Positions 63,918 through 64,000 of a stretch of 64,000 nt of DNA are shown piece by piece. The notes below the pieces were generated by a model. That model searched no databases and was not told the origin of the DNA. It saw only the letters and a program-made list of their open reading frames with translations. The stretch spans positions 30,256,001-30,320,000 of the forward strand of contig OZ249438.1 in the NCBI GenBank assembly GCA_965235115.1, in the 5' to 3' direction. Made by a program: the position numbers and the translations under genes. This stretch comes from Laetmonice hystrix. Lineage: Eukaryota. Position 1 is the stretch's first letter; each line of letters begins with the position of its first letter.

Positions 63918-64000
63918 CTGGTCAACAAATCAACCAAAACTTACATTCATTTAATCAAGTCAAACGCTGCATAACTATGAGGCAATCTGTTTTGTTTGAA

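Noticed and set aside
1-64000. Prokaryotic or viral defence, mobile or operon-type system
   Set aside because: No dense long ORFs or operon structure. The one identifiable gene has spliceosomal introns and the repeats are animal transposon types.

Overview
Eukaryotic (animal) genomic DNA, most likely from a marine invertebrate judging by the repeat families; the species cannot be determined from the sequence. No prokaryotic operons, CRISPR arrays or rRNA genes were found. The only protein-coding gene I can support is the 3' part of a NEK9 kinase orthologue on the minus strand (~59.3-63.9 kb). It has ten exons covering RCC1 repeats, the NEK6/7-docking motif and a coiled coil; the kinase domain must lie beyond the right edge. 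The remaining ~59 kb has no recognisable coding exons, and most ORF-track entries look spurious. That region holds non-autonomous transposons (PIF/Harbinger-like, Tc1/mariner-pogo-like, Kolobok-like, a hAT-like MITE with a 5-bp TSD, a 2-kb Helentron/HINE-like element with internal ~440-bp tandem repeats, and a tRNA-derived SINE head), mini- and microsatellites, one 194-N assembly gap, and several regulatory-looking motifs. The most interesting non-routine signal is a candidate recursive splice site with a stop-filled 55-nt RS-exon at ~20.7 kb on the minus strand, which would imply an unannotated long-intron transcription unit. Comparisons to human NEK9 and to transposon families are from memory, not from a database search.
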